A stretch of 64,000 nucleotides of DNA from Mobula hypostoma. Its lineage: Eukaryota. This document shows, piece by piece, positions 1-13,004 of the stretch; position 1 is the first letter of the stretch, and each line of letters begins with the position of its first letter. The translations under genes and the position numbers were made by a program. Below the pieces are notes generated by a model, which was not told where the DNA came from, did not search any database, and saw only the letters and a program-made list of their open reading frames with translations. Location of the stretch: NCBI RefSeq assembly GCF_963921235.1, contig NC_086097.1, positions 191,148,001-191,212,000 on the forward strand, given 5' to 3'.

Positions 1-1185
1 GGAGTTGAAAAGTTGAGGACCACGCCCTATCACCCACAGGGCGATCCCCAGCCTGAGAGTTTAATCGAACCTTTCTAGACATGCTCGGGACCCTGGAGAT
101 CAGCAAGAAAAGCAGATGGAGTCAACATATTGGGCATCTGGTTCACTGTTACAACTGTACAGAAAATGAAGCTACTGGATACTCGCCATATTATCTGATG
201 TTTGGGTGCGAAGCGACATTGCCCATTGACCTTTGTTTTGGGACTGACGAGGGTGACTTACCACTGAAGCCTTATCTGAAGTATGTGTCTGATATGAGGA
301 GAGAGCTGAAAAGGGCTTATGAATTGGCTGGGGTCGTGGCTGCTAAGCAGAATTGAGGAAATAAGAGGAGGTATAATCAAAAATTGAGATTTTTCCAACT
401 ACTGCCAGGAGACTGAGTCCTCATAAGGAATTTGGGGCTACCTGGAAAGCACAAGTTGGCTGACCTATGTGGTGGAGAGTCATATGCCAAACCTACCAGC
501 TTTCTGGGTGAAACCAGAGGAGGGGAATGGGCCTGTCAGGATTCTCCATCGGAACCACCTGTTGCTCCTGGGACAAGAGGTGCAGGTAGACCCAGAGCCT
601 GAATTGGAGCCTACACCTGCGAAAACACAGGGCGGCTGCAGGACCCACAGTGGGAGAGGCTGGGCCGGGCCTCGCCCATGAGAAGGATACTGATTCGGAG
701 GATGATGATCTGGATTTGTGGTACATGCTGCCTTTCTCTAACGCCCCATTGATTGAGGAAGAGACTCCTGGCCCTTCTCCCACTGAGTCAGGTGAGGTGG
801 GGGGGAGGGGGCTATCTGTGGGCAGCCTGGGTTACAGCAAGACCCTGAAGGAGTGGAAGTGGGGCCTGGACACAGGACAGAGGGCTCCGAGTTGCAGGGC
901 GGCATGAGTGATAGATCGAGGGAGGACTCGCCAAGTAGACCCGAAGTATCCTCAGTAGGGCCTGAGCCTGAAGAGTTAGGTGAGGAGGTACGGAGGTCTC
1001 AGAGAATTAGGAGACCATCGGATAGGTTGACCTATGTAGCTGCCTGGAGAACAGGGCGTGATCCCTATTGTTTTGGGGAGCTATGTCACTGCCTTATGCA
1101 CCTGAATTGGGCGTTGTGTTTTGCAGGAAGGTTTGGCGTATTATCTCAACGTCATGAGGACATGACAAAATTTGGTGGGGGAGAG
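1..1185 (+). mobile_element. Gypsy LTR retrotransposon, degenerate integrase C-terminal region and 3' internal part (runs off the left edge)
   Basis: Integrase-like text at the window start (RTTPYHPQGD; YNCTENEATGYSPYYLMFG; RILHRNHLL; RRSQRIRRP), with stops and frameshifts. Purine tract GGTGGGGGAGAG lies directly before the LTR. Confidence 0.85.
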
Positions 1186-1780
1186 TGTAACGTGCTGTAA
1201 GGTTTCACTGCTTATGTAATGGCTTCTTTGTAATGTTCATTGCTGAGGTAATCGTTTCTCTGTAGCAGTAATGTTTGGGTTATGGCTGGAGATAACAGGA
1301 CTGTGGATGCATGTTAGCCAGTCAGGATTTTGTTGCCCTGTCTTGTGATTCTGGAAGCAGTTTATTTCATGGGTTTTTGCAAGAGGGAGAGAGAAAGAGA
1401 TGAAGAGAGAAGACGCGAATGGAGATATTTGATAGACCGCTGGACGGGGTGGACTCGGAGCAGGGGTCCGAAGATCGGTGACGCTCGGAGACCAATGGTG
1501 GAAGAAGGACTACTGAGTGAGCTCCAACTTTGTGCACAGACTGTTTATTGTTAAATCTTATGATTTGTGCCCTTTTTCTTTTATATTTTGTTTCTCTACT
1601 AACCATATAGTCAAAGTAAGAGTTATAAAGCTTAATCTCTTAATCACATATTGTGTAATGTTTGTTATTTTGGGGTACTGATTTCATCACGCAGCGTCCG
1701 CCCAAACAAGATTTCTAAGTTTGGCCGGGCAAGGGGTTATCACCCCCTATATTAAGCCGCTAGGCGAAGTGAGTGTTACA
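1186..1780 (+). repeat. 3' LTR of the upstream Gypsy element (~595 bp)
   Basis: Starts TGTAAC right after the polypurine tract and ends GTTACA (inverted termini). A different Gypsy element resumes immediately afterwards. Confidence 0.8.
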
Positions 1781-2634
1781 CTCCTTCTGATATTGGGTTT
1801 GAGGAGGTCCAAGTGTGAGCGCAAAGGACGGCCTAGACATAGCATAGCTGGTGAGTTGTTGGTTGTGGAGTGTGCTGCATTGCAGCCTCTGATTCAGTGT
1901 CACTAGAATGTTCTTCTGACATTGCCCTCAGTGCATTCTTTAGACCCTGTTCAAACTTTTCCACCAAGCTATTTGTAGCTAGATGGTACGATTCAGATGC
2001 AGTTTGTCTTATTCTATTCATTTTCAAGAATGACTAATACTGTTCCACAACAAACTGTGTCCATTGTCACTAACAAAGTGTTCTGGAACGCCAGTACTTA
2101 CTGAGAGGCTTCTCAACACATCAGCAGTGTGTGAGGCTGTATTAACTATTACCAGGAAATTTATGCCAAGGAATAGTATGACAAAATCCACATTCTTAGA
2201 GGTGGAGAGGCACTGCTCTTGGCATCTTCTGGACATGTTGGCATACTGAACAGTGCATGACGAGTTGCTCAGTCTGCTGATTTATCCCAAGCCACTAGAC
2301 AAAACTTCAAGCCAATGCTTTCATTTCGACCACACATAGATGACAGGTAAGTAGCTCTTCCAACACTTCAGCCCTCAGCTTATGAGGTACAACAACTCTC
2401 AAACCACTCATAAAGCAACCTCTATCAAGGGGAAGTTCATCCCGGCATGGCAAAAAAAATAGGGGAACTGCTAGGAGCCAGTGTGGAGTATTTTCTGGTT
2501 TCCCTAGGGATCATCTCTGTTGTAATATGGAGACTTCCAATTTGCATTACAGCGTATACTTCTACAGGAGTGTCCTCACTTGTAAATTTTCTGGTATTTT
2601 TCAGCATTTCAATGATTAGTTGTCATCTTGAATT

Positions 2635-3183
2635 CATAAGAACATAATAAGAACATAAGAAATAGGAGCAGGAGTAGGCCATCCAGCCCATCGAGCCTGC
2701 CCCGCCATTCAATAAGATCATGGCTGATCTGTCCGTAAACTCAGCTCCATCTACCTGCCTTTTCCCCATAACCCTTAATTCCCTTACTATGTAAAAACCT
2801 ATCTAACTGTATCTTAAATATATTTAGTGAAGAAGCCTCAACTGCTTCCCTGGGCAGAGAATTCCACAGATTCACCACTCAGTGGGAAAAACAATTTCTC
2901 CTCATCCCTGTCCTAAATCTTCTCCCCTGAATCTTGAGGCAATGTCCCCTATTTCTAGTCTCACTTACCAATGGAAACAACTTTCCTACCTCTATCTTAC
3001 TTATCCCTTTCAAAATGTTGTATGTTTCTATAAGATCCAGTCTCATTCTTCTGAATTCCAGACAGTATAGTCCCAGGCAACTCAATCTCTCCTCGTAGGT
3101 TAACCCCTTCATCCCTGGAATCAACCTGGTGAACCTCCTCTGCACTGCCTCCAAAGCCAGTATATCCTTCCTTGTGTACTCCA
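2635..3183 (-). mobile_element. 5'-truncated CR1 LINE 3' fragment
   Basis: ORF 2879-3184 (LEAVQRRFTRLIPGM...LEFRRMRLDLIETY) matches the CR1 ORF2 C-terminus; TTCTTATG-type tail repeat. Confidence 0.9.
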
Positions 3184-4154
3184 AGAAACAGAGCCCACCT
3201 CTGTAATCATGTTGTTGCTGTTAGTGGAAAACGCTGCTGCGGGTTGAAAATAAACACAACAGTTTGACGATCAGAAATGAGGTTAAGTACCCTCCCATAC
3301 AAGTACCAGTTGAAAAGTTTTACACTCCAAAACAGACTTGAGGCCTCTCTGTCAATCTGTACATAATTTTACTCTGCAGCAGTAAGGGAACATGGTACAA
3401 AACCAATGAGGTGTTCATTTCCATCATTCATGACATGTAACATGACTGCCACTATAACATAAAGTGAGACATCACAGGCAAGCTTCACTGGATAATGTGT
3501 ATCATAATGTGTCACTATAGTGTCTGTCATCACCATTTTCTTTACCTTTTGAAAAGCCACTTCACACTGCCTTGTCCATTGCCTTTTCTTCCTCATCTGT
3601 AATAATGAATTCAGGGGGTGGAGCACGATAGCTAGGTTTGGCAAGAATCTGTTATAGTAATTGACAAATTCTATAAGGGATCACAACTGTGACACGTCCT
3701 TTGGCCTTGGGGCATCCACCACTGCTTGAATTTTCTCAGCACACTTGTGTAATCCTTATGTGTTAATAGTGAGACCACAGGAAGTGATGCTTGGTTTAAC
3801 AAATTTACACTTGTTACATTGTGCTCTGAGCCCATAATCTTCTAAACATTTTAACACTGTGTTGAGATTTTGGAAATGTTCCTTGTCATCCTTACTGGTA
3901 ACGATGATTTTATTGATTTAGCACTGAGTGTCTGGGCAGCCTTGCAGCACCTGGTCCATAGTGTTCTGCCAGAGTGCAGGTGCAGATGCTACTCCAGAAA
4001 TAAACCTATTTTAGTGATAAAGTCTTTTGTGAGTGTTCATGGTGAGAAATAATTTGGACTCTTTTTCTACCTCTATCTGTAGGTCAGCTAGGTTTACATT
4101 ACCATCCAGAATGGCTTGTAAAGATATCCTCTATCCTGGGCAGAGAGGGTATTG

Positions 4155-4990
4155 AAGTGCGAAGTGCACATGCGCCGGTCGTGCAAGCAGCCTGGTACAG
4201 CCGTTCCGATCTATTCTTACTTTCTTCTTCTTACTTTTTAATTTACGCTATTTTTTGTATTTTTTTTTCACGGTAACACGTCGAAGCTACACCCTCTCTA
4301 ACATGCTGGTAGAGAGAGTTTTATTTGGGTTTTCTTTAGCACTGGAAATGGTTACATCCCGACACGCGGGACAGAAGCAAGGTTGCATTGTGTATTCCAC
4401 GGACCAGCAAAGACCCGCCAGCTTAGCGAACAGAGCGGCGGACACCTCTGCTGAAATCCGGAGGAAAACACACAGAGGATGCAGAGGGGGATCACAAAGC
4501 CGAGGAAAGAGGACCAGCTCGAGACAACAGAGACTTTTGGAGAAGAGGAGTTCGGTGGGTAATACCGTTCCGGCTGACCGGAAGTGCACTGAGAGCGGTA
4601 AGCGTAAAGGAATTGGGTGCTTACTGTTCTGGCTAACAACGGATGGTGCGATACGGGGTATATTACGATCAAGGAACGTGTTTGCAGACTGGATATTGAA
4701 CTTTTTACTGTTGGACTTCGGCCACATTCCACTGTGATACAACACTTGGCGGCACAGGAGGTCGTTCCTGCCTGTGGCCATCGAACGTGCAGCTCCTCCC
4801 GTGAAGGATCAGACACCCTGAGCCAATAGACTGGTCCTGGACGTATTTTCCATCTGGCATAGTCTGCATTTTGGGATTTGATTGTTGGTGTTTTTTGTAT
4901 TGCCATATTTACGCTGTATTCTTGGTTGGTGCGGCCGTAACGAAACCAAATTTCCCTCAGGATTAATAAAGTATATCTATCTATCTATCT
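4155..4990 (+). mobile_element. Internally deleted Rex1/Babar-derived retroelement
   Basis: Basic RRKTHRGCRGG N-terminal motif, APE fragment (NNGWC..ITIKERVCRLDIELFTVGLRP), AATAAAGT followed by (ATCT)n tail. TATTG is duplicated at both ends and the Gypsy RT rejoins across the insertion. Confidence 0.75.
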
Positions 4991-5345
4991 ATTGATTTAC
5001 TTTCAGTGCAGGCTTGATGGTGACCTTAAAATCACCACAAATCATGATACACCCATTCTGCTTAGCTACCGAGACCACTGACATTGCTCATGGGTTCCAC
5101 TCAACCTTGGAAAGAATTCCTTCAGCCTCCATGCAATCTAAACTTACTAGCTAATTGATCATGGATGATATAAGGAACAGGACAGGCTTTGTAAAACTTG
5201 GGTGTGGCATCTCCATTTAACATTATTTTATCCTTGAAATGTTTGAGTTTTCCAATGCCATTCCTGAATACTGCTGAGACATCATCTAGTGCCTTTCTTA
5301 ATTTGCTTTCATTTGACTCTATTACGGGGGATGTGGCATGCAAAT

Positions 5346-5650
5346 GTGAAGGGCACATGGCCAAGTGGTTAAGGCATTGGACTAGCGACCTGAAGGTCAT
5401 GAGTTCCAGCCCCAGCCAAGGCAACATGTTGTTTCCTTGAGCAAGGCACTTAATCACACATTGCTCTGCAACAACACCGGTGCCAAGCTGTATGGATCCT
5501 AATGCCCTTCCCTTGGACAACCTTGGTGTCATGAAGAGGGGAGACTTGCAACATGGGCAACTGCTGGTCTTCCATACAACCTTGCCCAGGCCTGCACCCT
5601 GGAGAGTGAAGACTTTCCAGGCGCAGATCCATGGTCTCGCAAGACTAACA
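5346..5650 (+). mobile_element. tRNA-derived SINE with RTE-like 3' tail
   Basis: A box TGGCCAAGTGG and B-box-like GAGTTCCAGCC. Perfect 10-bp TSD GCATGCAAAT at 5336-5345 and 5651-5660. Confidence 0.85.
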
Positions 5651-6948
5651 GCATGCAAATAGTAGATGGATCTCCAATCAAGTTGTAGTTGTTTCAGCCA
5701 ATCTTAACCCACCTGCCTTTACCACAAACAAGCCCAATGTAGCTTGTTGGTTGTTGTATTTACTGTTATGAATGTCATTTCCACAGGAGTTATCTTTTCT
5801 CCTGCATTAGTTGGATATCTGCAAGCTTCAGTTCAGTATCTTTGAAATACCATTTAAACTTATTTTGTGGAATGACTGAAACAGCCGAGCCAGTGTTCAA
5901 TTCCATTTTAATTAATTTGCTGTTCACTTCTGGTGTAAGCCATATTACTTGTCAGTAGTTAGCTTTCACATTGTACTTAAAATCTTAATGCTAACCAGTC
6001 CTGTGTCACTCTCATCATTCCCAGACTTTCCATCAACAGCATGCAGATTAATGCTCTGTTTAAACTGCCACTTGACTTTTTATCTATTTCTTTTCCCTGT
6101 GCAGCCCATTTATTTTTGTCTGCCCAACATATTTTTTGTATGTATCCTAATTTGTTGCATTTTCTGCAAGTTTTGCCTTTAAATCTGACATTAGTCTGGT
6201 GTAAGTGAGCCCTTTGCTATAATAGTAACATAATCTGTTCAGCCTGGCAGCTTTCTGTTTAGACATTGCAATTTTGTTTACGCTCACTTTCATTCCTGAC
6301 TGCAGCTTAATTGTATCCCTAGCTGATGTTTCCATTGATACAGCAATTTCAACAGCTTTTTAAAATGTGAGTTGTGCTTCAGTTTGGAGCCATTTTTGAA
6401 TGCTTTATTGCAAAATCCACAAACTAAATGATCTCAGTACATCATTAAGCCGTTCACTGAACTGGTAATGCTCAGGCAACTTCGTCAATTCAACCACGTA
6501 AGCTGAAATGGACTCCCTTTCCTTTTAAGTCTACTTATGACACTTTTGCAATCAACAATATTTTTGGTTCTAAATGTACTTGCATTCCTCTCATGATATC
6601 AGCAAAACATATTTTTGGCTGGTTTGGTTGGAGGAGTTAAACTTCTAAGCAAGCTGTATGCTGGCACTCCTTTTTCATTGGCAATTTCACTTGTTTGAAA
6701 ATAATGCTTAATTTGCTCAGTTTATCCTTTGTGAAATCAAGCAGGTCTATCTTTCTAAAGTCAGCAGCCATTTTTGTATTTATGATTATTATCACCCGGT
6801 ACTCACTGTTTATGAACCCATGCATCTTGTTCATCTTACGCCTTTTTTTAACGACCATCTTTCTCTCCCCTTTCTAGAGAAAAAATGTGCTGCACTTCAA
6901 AAGATAGCTGGTCTCCTCAGATTCATTTTAAAACTTATTCGTCACTAC

Positions 6949-7183
6949 TGTTATGTTATTTTTATCTCCAATACATAAAACTAATTGAAAGAAAAATGCA
7001 GGATACTGACAGAATGTGTACACTTTGTTTTTTCTTCAGTGAGGCCCGCATTTATGATGTGGTGGTGCAATGACATATGCCATTCATGTTCTTTTACATT
7101 TAACCTGTTATGAATTATGTAAACAACAAAGAATACTTAATCAAATATATTTACAATATTACTGAAATATTAAATACACAACA
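6949..7183 (-). repeat. Probable 5' LTR of the minus-strand Gypsy element
   Basis: TGTT...AACA termini, adjacent to a degenerate PBS-like stretch (TCGTCACTA on +) at the start of the internal region. Confidence 0.55.
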
Positions 7184-7289
7184 AGTGTAATCTGGCTTAA
7201 CTGCAAAAAATCAGTTATGTTTATTTGTCAAAGACATGAAGATAGGTGGTATTGTAACCAGTATTACTGGAAATATTGGAGCCAATGAT

Positions 7290-7495
7290 ACTGTCGCGCA
7301 TAGCAAGACACTATTACAGCTCAGGGTGTCGTAATTTGGAGTTCAGTTCCGGCGCTGTCTGTAAGGAGTTTGTCTGTCCTCCTTGTGAACATGTGGGTTT
7401 CCTCCGGGAGCTTCATTTTCCTCCACATTCCAAAGATGTAACTGTTAGTAGGTTAATTGGTCATTGGTGAATAGGCTAGGGTTAAATAGGTGAAT
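7290..7495 (+). mobile_element. V-SINE-type tRNA-derived SINE (partial)
   Basis: B-box-like GAGTTCAGTTCC followed by a V-domain-like core GGAGTTTG...GTGGGTTTCCTCCGGG...TCCAAAGA. Confidence 0.7.
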
Positions 7496-8317
7496 TGTAC
7501 TCACATCGACAGTGATGAAATGCTTTGAGAGGTTGGTTATGACTAGACTGAACTCCTGCCTCAGCATGGACTTGGACCCATTGTAATTTGTCTATTGCCA
7601 AAATAGATCAACGGCAGATGCTCTCCACACAGCTTTAGACCACTTAGACAACACCAACACCTACATCAGGATGTTGTTCATCGACTCTAGCTCAGCATTT
7701 AATACCACCATTCTCACAATCCTGATTGGGAAGATGCAGAGCCTGGGCCTCTGTACATCCCTCTGCAATTGGATCCTCGATTTCTTAACTGGAAGACAAC
7801 AATCTGTGCGGTTTGGTGATAACATATCCTCCTTACTGATGAGCAACTTTGGTGCACCTCAGGGGTGTGTGCTTAGCCCACTGCTCTACTCTCTGTATAC
7901 ACATGACTGTGTGGCTAAGCATAATTTGATTACGATACAACCATTTTACAACCATTTACAACCATGGTAGAATCTCAGGTGGTGACAAGACGGTGTACAG
8001 GTGTGAGATATGCCAACTAGTGGAATGGTGCTGCAGCAACAACCTGGCACTCAACGTCAGTAAGACGAAAGAGCTGATTGTGGACTTCAGGAAGGGTAAG
8101 ACGAAGGAACACATACCAAACCTCACAGAGGGGTCAGAAGTGGAGAGAGTGAGCAGCTTCAAGTTCCTGGGTGTCAAGATCTCTGAGGGTCTAACCTGGT
8201 CCCAACATATTGATGTAGTCATAAAGAAGGCAAGACAGAAGCTATACTTTATTAGGAGTTTGGAGAGATTTGGCATGTCAACAAATACACTCAAAAACTT
8301 CTATAGTTCTACCGTAG

Positions 8318-9281
8318 TGTCATGGTCCGGTCTGTGAAGTCCGTATTCCGGTTCACAGTCCGGTCCATCGACCCTTGCTCCAGGTTTTCCTGTCTGCCCT
8401 GATCCTGTTCTTGTTGAGCTCTAATTGAGGCAGCTGATACTTGTTGGGGCTGGCTGCATAAATACCTTCAGAGACCAGGGTGTGGCTGCTGGATTGTTCT
8501 TGTCCTAACTCCTTATCCCTTCCTCTGCCTTCTGTTTCCTCACCTGAAGCCTTGCCTTGTCTTGCCGGTAACTCTTCCCTCGCCTGAAGTTCTCATTTTG
8601 CCTTGCATTGCCTGAAGCCTTGCCTGGTCTTGCTGGTAACTCGCGCCTTGTCTTGCCTTCAGTCTCGTCCTAGAGCCACCCTGTACCTAGCTCCATTCCT
8701 GTCCCTTGCCTCCGCCAGGTAACTCAGGCTGTCTTGCCGTTACCTGCGGTTGGTTCTGTCCCTTCCTGTCCCTTGCCTCCATAGGGTAAGCCAGGCCGTC
8801 TTGCCGTTACCTGCGGTTGGTTCTGTCCCTTCCTCTCCCATGCCTCCTCCGTCAGGTGGTGATCCGCGCCCTGCCCAGGAGTACCGCGCCATGCCCAGGT
8901 GAACTGCACCCTGCCCAGGAGGTGCCTGCCTAGCCTCAGACCTGAAGACTCCAGCCTCCTGCCTAGCTTCAAGCATGAAGACTCCAGCCTCCTGCCTAGC
9001 TTCAAGCATGAAGACTCCAGCCTCCTGCCTAGCCTCAAGCCTGAAGACCCCAGCCTCGTCCTGCCTGCCTGCCAAGCCTCGTCCTTGCCTAGTTCTGATC
9101 CTTGTCCAGTCTCTGGCTCGGAGTCCAAGCCCAGGCTCCTAGCTCTCTTGTCTAGTCCTGTTCCAGGTTCCTGGTTTTCCTTTCCATGTCCTTGCCCTCA
9201 CCCTGTATCCTAGTCCTGTCCCTAGTACTTCAGTGTCTGTGTCTTGCACTTGGGTCCGTTCCCAGCCACCTCCTTATGACA
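8318..9281 (+). mobile_element. Solo LTR (family A, copy 1)
   Basis: TGTCA...TGACA termini, TATA-like GCATAAATA, cleanly splits the Rex1 ORF. Ends are homologous to 48389-49912 and 60376-61847. Confidence 0.8.
8925..9060 (+). repeat. 33-bp tandem repeat (~4 copies) inside the LTR
   Basis: Unit CCTAGCTTCAAGCATGAAGACTCCAGCCTCCTG; explains the 11-aa periodicity in overlapping ORFs. Confidence 0.9.
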
Positions 9282-10631
9282 TTTAGAGAGCATTGACAGG
9301 CTGCATCACTGTCTGGTATGGAGGGGCTACTGCACAGGAACAAAAGAAGCTGCAGAAGGTTGTAAATCTAGTCAGCTCCATCTTGGGCACTAGCCTACAA
9401 AGTACCCAGGACATTTTTAGGGAATGGTGTCTCGGAAAAGCAGTGTCCATAATTAAGGAGCTCCAACACCCAGGGCATGCCCTTTTCTCACTGTTACCAT
9501 CAGGTACGAGATACAGAGGCCTGAAAGCACACACTCTGCAATTCAGGAACATCTTCTTCCCCTCTGCCATCCAATTCCTAAATGGACATACCTCACTTTT
9601 TTAGTATACAGTATTGTTGTTTTTGCACATTTAAAAAAAATCTATTCAAAATACATAATTGATTTACTTGTTTATTTATTATGTTTTATTTAATTTATTT
9701 TTTTCTCTCTCTCTGTCTGCTAGATTATGTATTGCATTGAATTGCTGCTGCTCAGTTAACAAATTTCACGTCTCATGCCAGTGATAATAAACCTGATTCT
9801 GATTCTGATTCTGTTGAGCAATGTGACCTGTTCTGTGCTGTAATCTAAAAAACAGATTGCATTTCACCTGCCTGTATGCTCCATCACTGCTTTCTACCAA
9901 GTGGCTGAAACTCCAATGAGGTTGTTTTTAAACCCTAATGCTCAAATGCATATGATGAAAAATGTATAAAAATTGTTAAAAAAACAAAACAAACAGTTAA
10001 TCAGAAACACACAAAACAAATGTATTTCCCCATTTGTTTTCTCTATATCAATGGAAAAGCAGAGATTTTCAGAGTTGTCACTTTAAAAGCCAATAGTAAT
10101 ACCCAGATCTGGCTGCAGAGCATTAGCAAGGAATCTGTTTTCTCTTGCACTACCTGAAGAGGAAATCTCAGCCTATGATATCCTTGCGGTTCTGGTGGCT
10201 GAGGCTCTGTCACAGACATGGTGATACAGGATCTCCAACAACCAGCACACCTCCCCCCTGTGCACCTCTCTCCTGGAAATGTGTTGAAACTATATAAAAC
10301 CATGCAGTATATTTGCTTCCGTGGATTGTTATTGCCTTCCTGTGCTGATGAGATGTTAAGCACATCCATGGAGTCATAAAAGTTTTCTAGCACAGAAACA
10401 GGGACCTCAGACCTCCATGTTCAAGCTGGCCATCTGTTTATATTAATATTATTTACCTTCATTAAGTCCATAGTCTTCTTTGTTTGTCCAAGGCCGATTC
10501 CATCCTGATTGCGTTAATTTAGAATTCAAAGATGAAAAAAATACAGTAACCACACACATTTTGTCTGTCAAATGTTTTCCAGAGAAAACTGAGACTCCAT
10601 TTGTAAACAAGCTTTTATTTAGATGGCATAA

Positions 10632-10917
10632 TGAGGGCAGCATAGTAGTGCAATGGTTAGTACAACACCTTACAGTAAAGGCGATCGGGGTTCAATTCCC
10701 ACTGCTGCCTGAAATGAGTTTGTACGTTCTCTCCGTGACCGTGTGGATTTCCTCACACATTCCAGAAATATAATGTGGGTAAATTGGACATTGTAAATTG
10801 TCCCATGATTAGGCTACATTTAAATTAGGGGAATTACTGGATGACGTGGCTTGAAGGGCCTATTCTGTGCTGTATCTCAATCAATCAATCTATAAATAAA
10901 TAAAGAAATAAATAATC
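10632..10917 (+). mobile_element. V-SINE-type SINE with CR1-like tail
   Basis: A/B boxes (TAGTGCAATGG, GGTTCAATTCC), V-domain-like core, tail GAAGGGCCTATTCTGTGCTGTA followed by (CAAT)n/(AAAT)n. Confidence 0.8.
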
Positions 10918-11667
10918 AAACTTCAGACTAAACTCATCTTTGTTTTGCTGGTTAGTTTTCTAAGAATTTAGAAGCCCATGATTAGGGCATTAAATCCACT
11001 TCTAAAAATATTGAATATTTGTTTAAATATTGGCCTAAATTTAAGTTATAAACATTTGACCTGAGCGTATTGGTTTCTTACTGGCATCTATTAAAACCCA
11101 AACTGGATGCAGGTTAGTGTTTTTCTAATATTCAGACATCTTAATCATATGTTTCTATCTGCACAATCTGGCCCTACGCTTCATCGTCAAAACAACCTCA
11201 GAGGCCTTGGAAATAATGTGATTTATCTTCAATGGTATTTAAGCCAAATCCATAAAAATACATGAGGAACCCTTCAGCCCCCTTCCCTTTCCACTATCAC
11301 TTAGTTATGATGAGGAAGAAAATAGGAATAGGAATAACTCAACTGGTGATAAGAAAAAAACCTAATGCTTTGAACTGACAGCAGAATGTCCAAGGAGTAA
11401 TGTGGAAGATATGGAACATAAGCCAGAGGTCACTGTTAAAAGTTAAGTATCGAACAAAATAGTCCAAATGAAATCTCATGGCAAAGTGTGATATTTTCAT
11501 GCTGAGACTTTTCAACAGATGCATGACTGTCAAGCGAAATGGAAATCATCTTGTTACCATGGAGAGAAAGGATCCCGCATGTTTCTGCTGTTACTTGTTT
11601 AAAAAGAAATGTCTAGAGATTTGAATGCTTTGTAGTATTATTTTCAGCACATATTGTTGCTTCCTGA

Positions 11668-12215
11668 GGCTACGTCCACACTAGACCAGATAAATCCGTA
11701 ACTGAAGCTTTCTCTCTTCATCTTGACCCTCTGTCCACATTGAAATGATGTTTTCCTCCCCCAAAAACGGAGCTTTTCTAAAACTCTCTCCAGAGTGTTT
11801 AACTCTGGAAACGCCGGTTGGGCGTTGTAGTGTATATGGGGTAACCGGAGGTTTTAAGAAACCTGTCGTCCCTTTCATCAGTGAAGACACTATGGCTGTA
11901 GGAAATGTTTCCAGGGTGACCCTCTGTGGGAGTGGGGAAGATGTTTGTGGGGTCACCTGGGGGTCTATGTGTCCATATATGTAGCAATTGTAGTGGCTGT
12001 GATGCTGGTATTGTGTCAGTTTTTCAATATTCGTCATCAGCCGGGTCATACTGTCCATGAACTCCCTGTCGGTTGCCTCCATACGCTCCAGTACTTGTTT
12101 TTTTTTGTTTTAAGTCCTCCTGCACGAGAGCCAACAGCTGTCCATCATTTGGCAATTTCCTTTTAAGTTTTTCTAGTCTGTAACTGGACAAACATGCACA
12201 AAGTATACCGTTTCC
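11668..12215 (-). mobile_element. PIF/Harbinger-like DNA transposon end fragment
   Basis: Terminus GGCTACGTCCACACTAG resembles vertebrate Harbinger TIRs. A coiled-coil-like remnant (MEATDREFMDSMTRLMTNIEKLT) lies on the minus strand. The second TIR was not found. Confidence 0.55.
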
Positions 12216-12217
12216 TC

Positions 12218-13000
12218 TTCAAGCAACACACATCAAAGTTGCTGGTGAACGCAGCAGGCCAGGCAGCATCTGTAGGAAGAGGTGCAGTCGACGTTTCAGG
12301 CCGAGACCCTTCGTCAGGACTAACTGAAGGAAGAGTGAGTAAGGGATTTGAAAGTTGGAGGGAGAGGGGGAGATCCAAAATGATAGGAGAAGACAGGAGG
12401 GGGAGGGATAGAGCCAAGAGCTGGACAGGTGATAGGCAAAAGGGGATACGAGAGGATCATGGGACAGGAGGTCCGGGAAGAAAGACAAGGGGGGGCGGGG
12501 ACCCAGAGGATGGGCAAGAGGTATATTCAGAGGGACAGAGGGAGAAAAAGGAGAGTGAGAGAAAGAATGTGTGCATAAAAATGAGTAACAGATGGGGTAC
12601 GAGGGGGAGGTGGGGCCTTAGCGGAAGTTAGAGAAGTCGATGTTCATGCCATCAGGTTGGAGGCTACCCAGACGGAATATAAGGTGTTGTTCCTCCAACC
12701 TGAGTGTGGCTTCATTTTTACAGTAGAGTAGGCCGTGGATAGACATGTCAGAATGGGAATGGGATGTGGAATTAAAATGTGTGGCCACTGGGAGATCCTG
12801 CTTTCTCTGGCGGACAGAGCGTAGATGTTCAGCAAAGCGGTCTCCCAGTCTGCGTCGGGTCTCACCAATATATAAAAGGCCACATCGGGAGCACCGGACG
12901 CAGTATATCACCCCAGTCGACTCACAGGTGAAGTTCATGCCATCAGGTTGGAGGCTACCCAGACGGAATATAAGGTGTTGTTCCTCCAACCTGAGTGTGG
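12218..13000 (-). mobile_element. Penelope-like element 3' part (GIY-YIG endonuclease and pLTR), relatively young
   Basis: FTCESTGVIYCVRCSRCGLLYIGETRRRLGDRFAEH...LRLEEQHLIFRLGSLQPDGMN. 12933-12999 repeats 12642-12709. Confidence 0.92.
12286..12321 (-). ncRNA. Minimal type I hammerhead ribozyme motif in a Penelope pLTR
   Basis: Minus strand reads AGTC-CTGACGA-AGG gtctcgg CCT-GAAA-C-GTC-GACT: intact CUGANGA and GAAA cores, stem I AGTC/GACT, stem II AGG/CCT, GUC triplet. Confidence 0.75.
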
Positions 13001-13004
13001 TGTT

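Larger units (their letters stand above)
1781..6948 (-). mobile_element. Degenerate Gypsy gag-pol internal region, host to several later insertions
   Basis: Minus-strand remnants: integrase (FVSDNG; ATNSLVEKFEQGLKNAL), RNase H (THYD..VKLACDVS), RT (CGDFKVTIKPALKVNQYP) and protease/gag-like upstream sequence. Many disablements. Confidence 0.85.
7496..9813 (+). mobile_element. 5'-truncated Rex1/Babar LINE, interrupted by a solo LTR
   Basis: [71 protein letters not shown] plus (TGATTC)n tail. Confidence 0.9.

Noticed and set aside
5351..5425. tRNA gene
   Set aside because: The tRNA-like head continues into a SINE body and tail and is flanked by a TSD.
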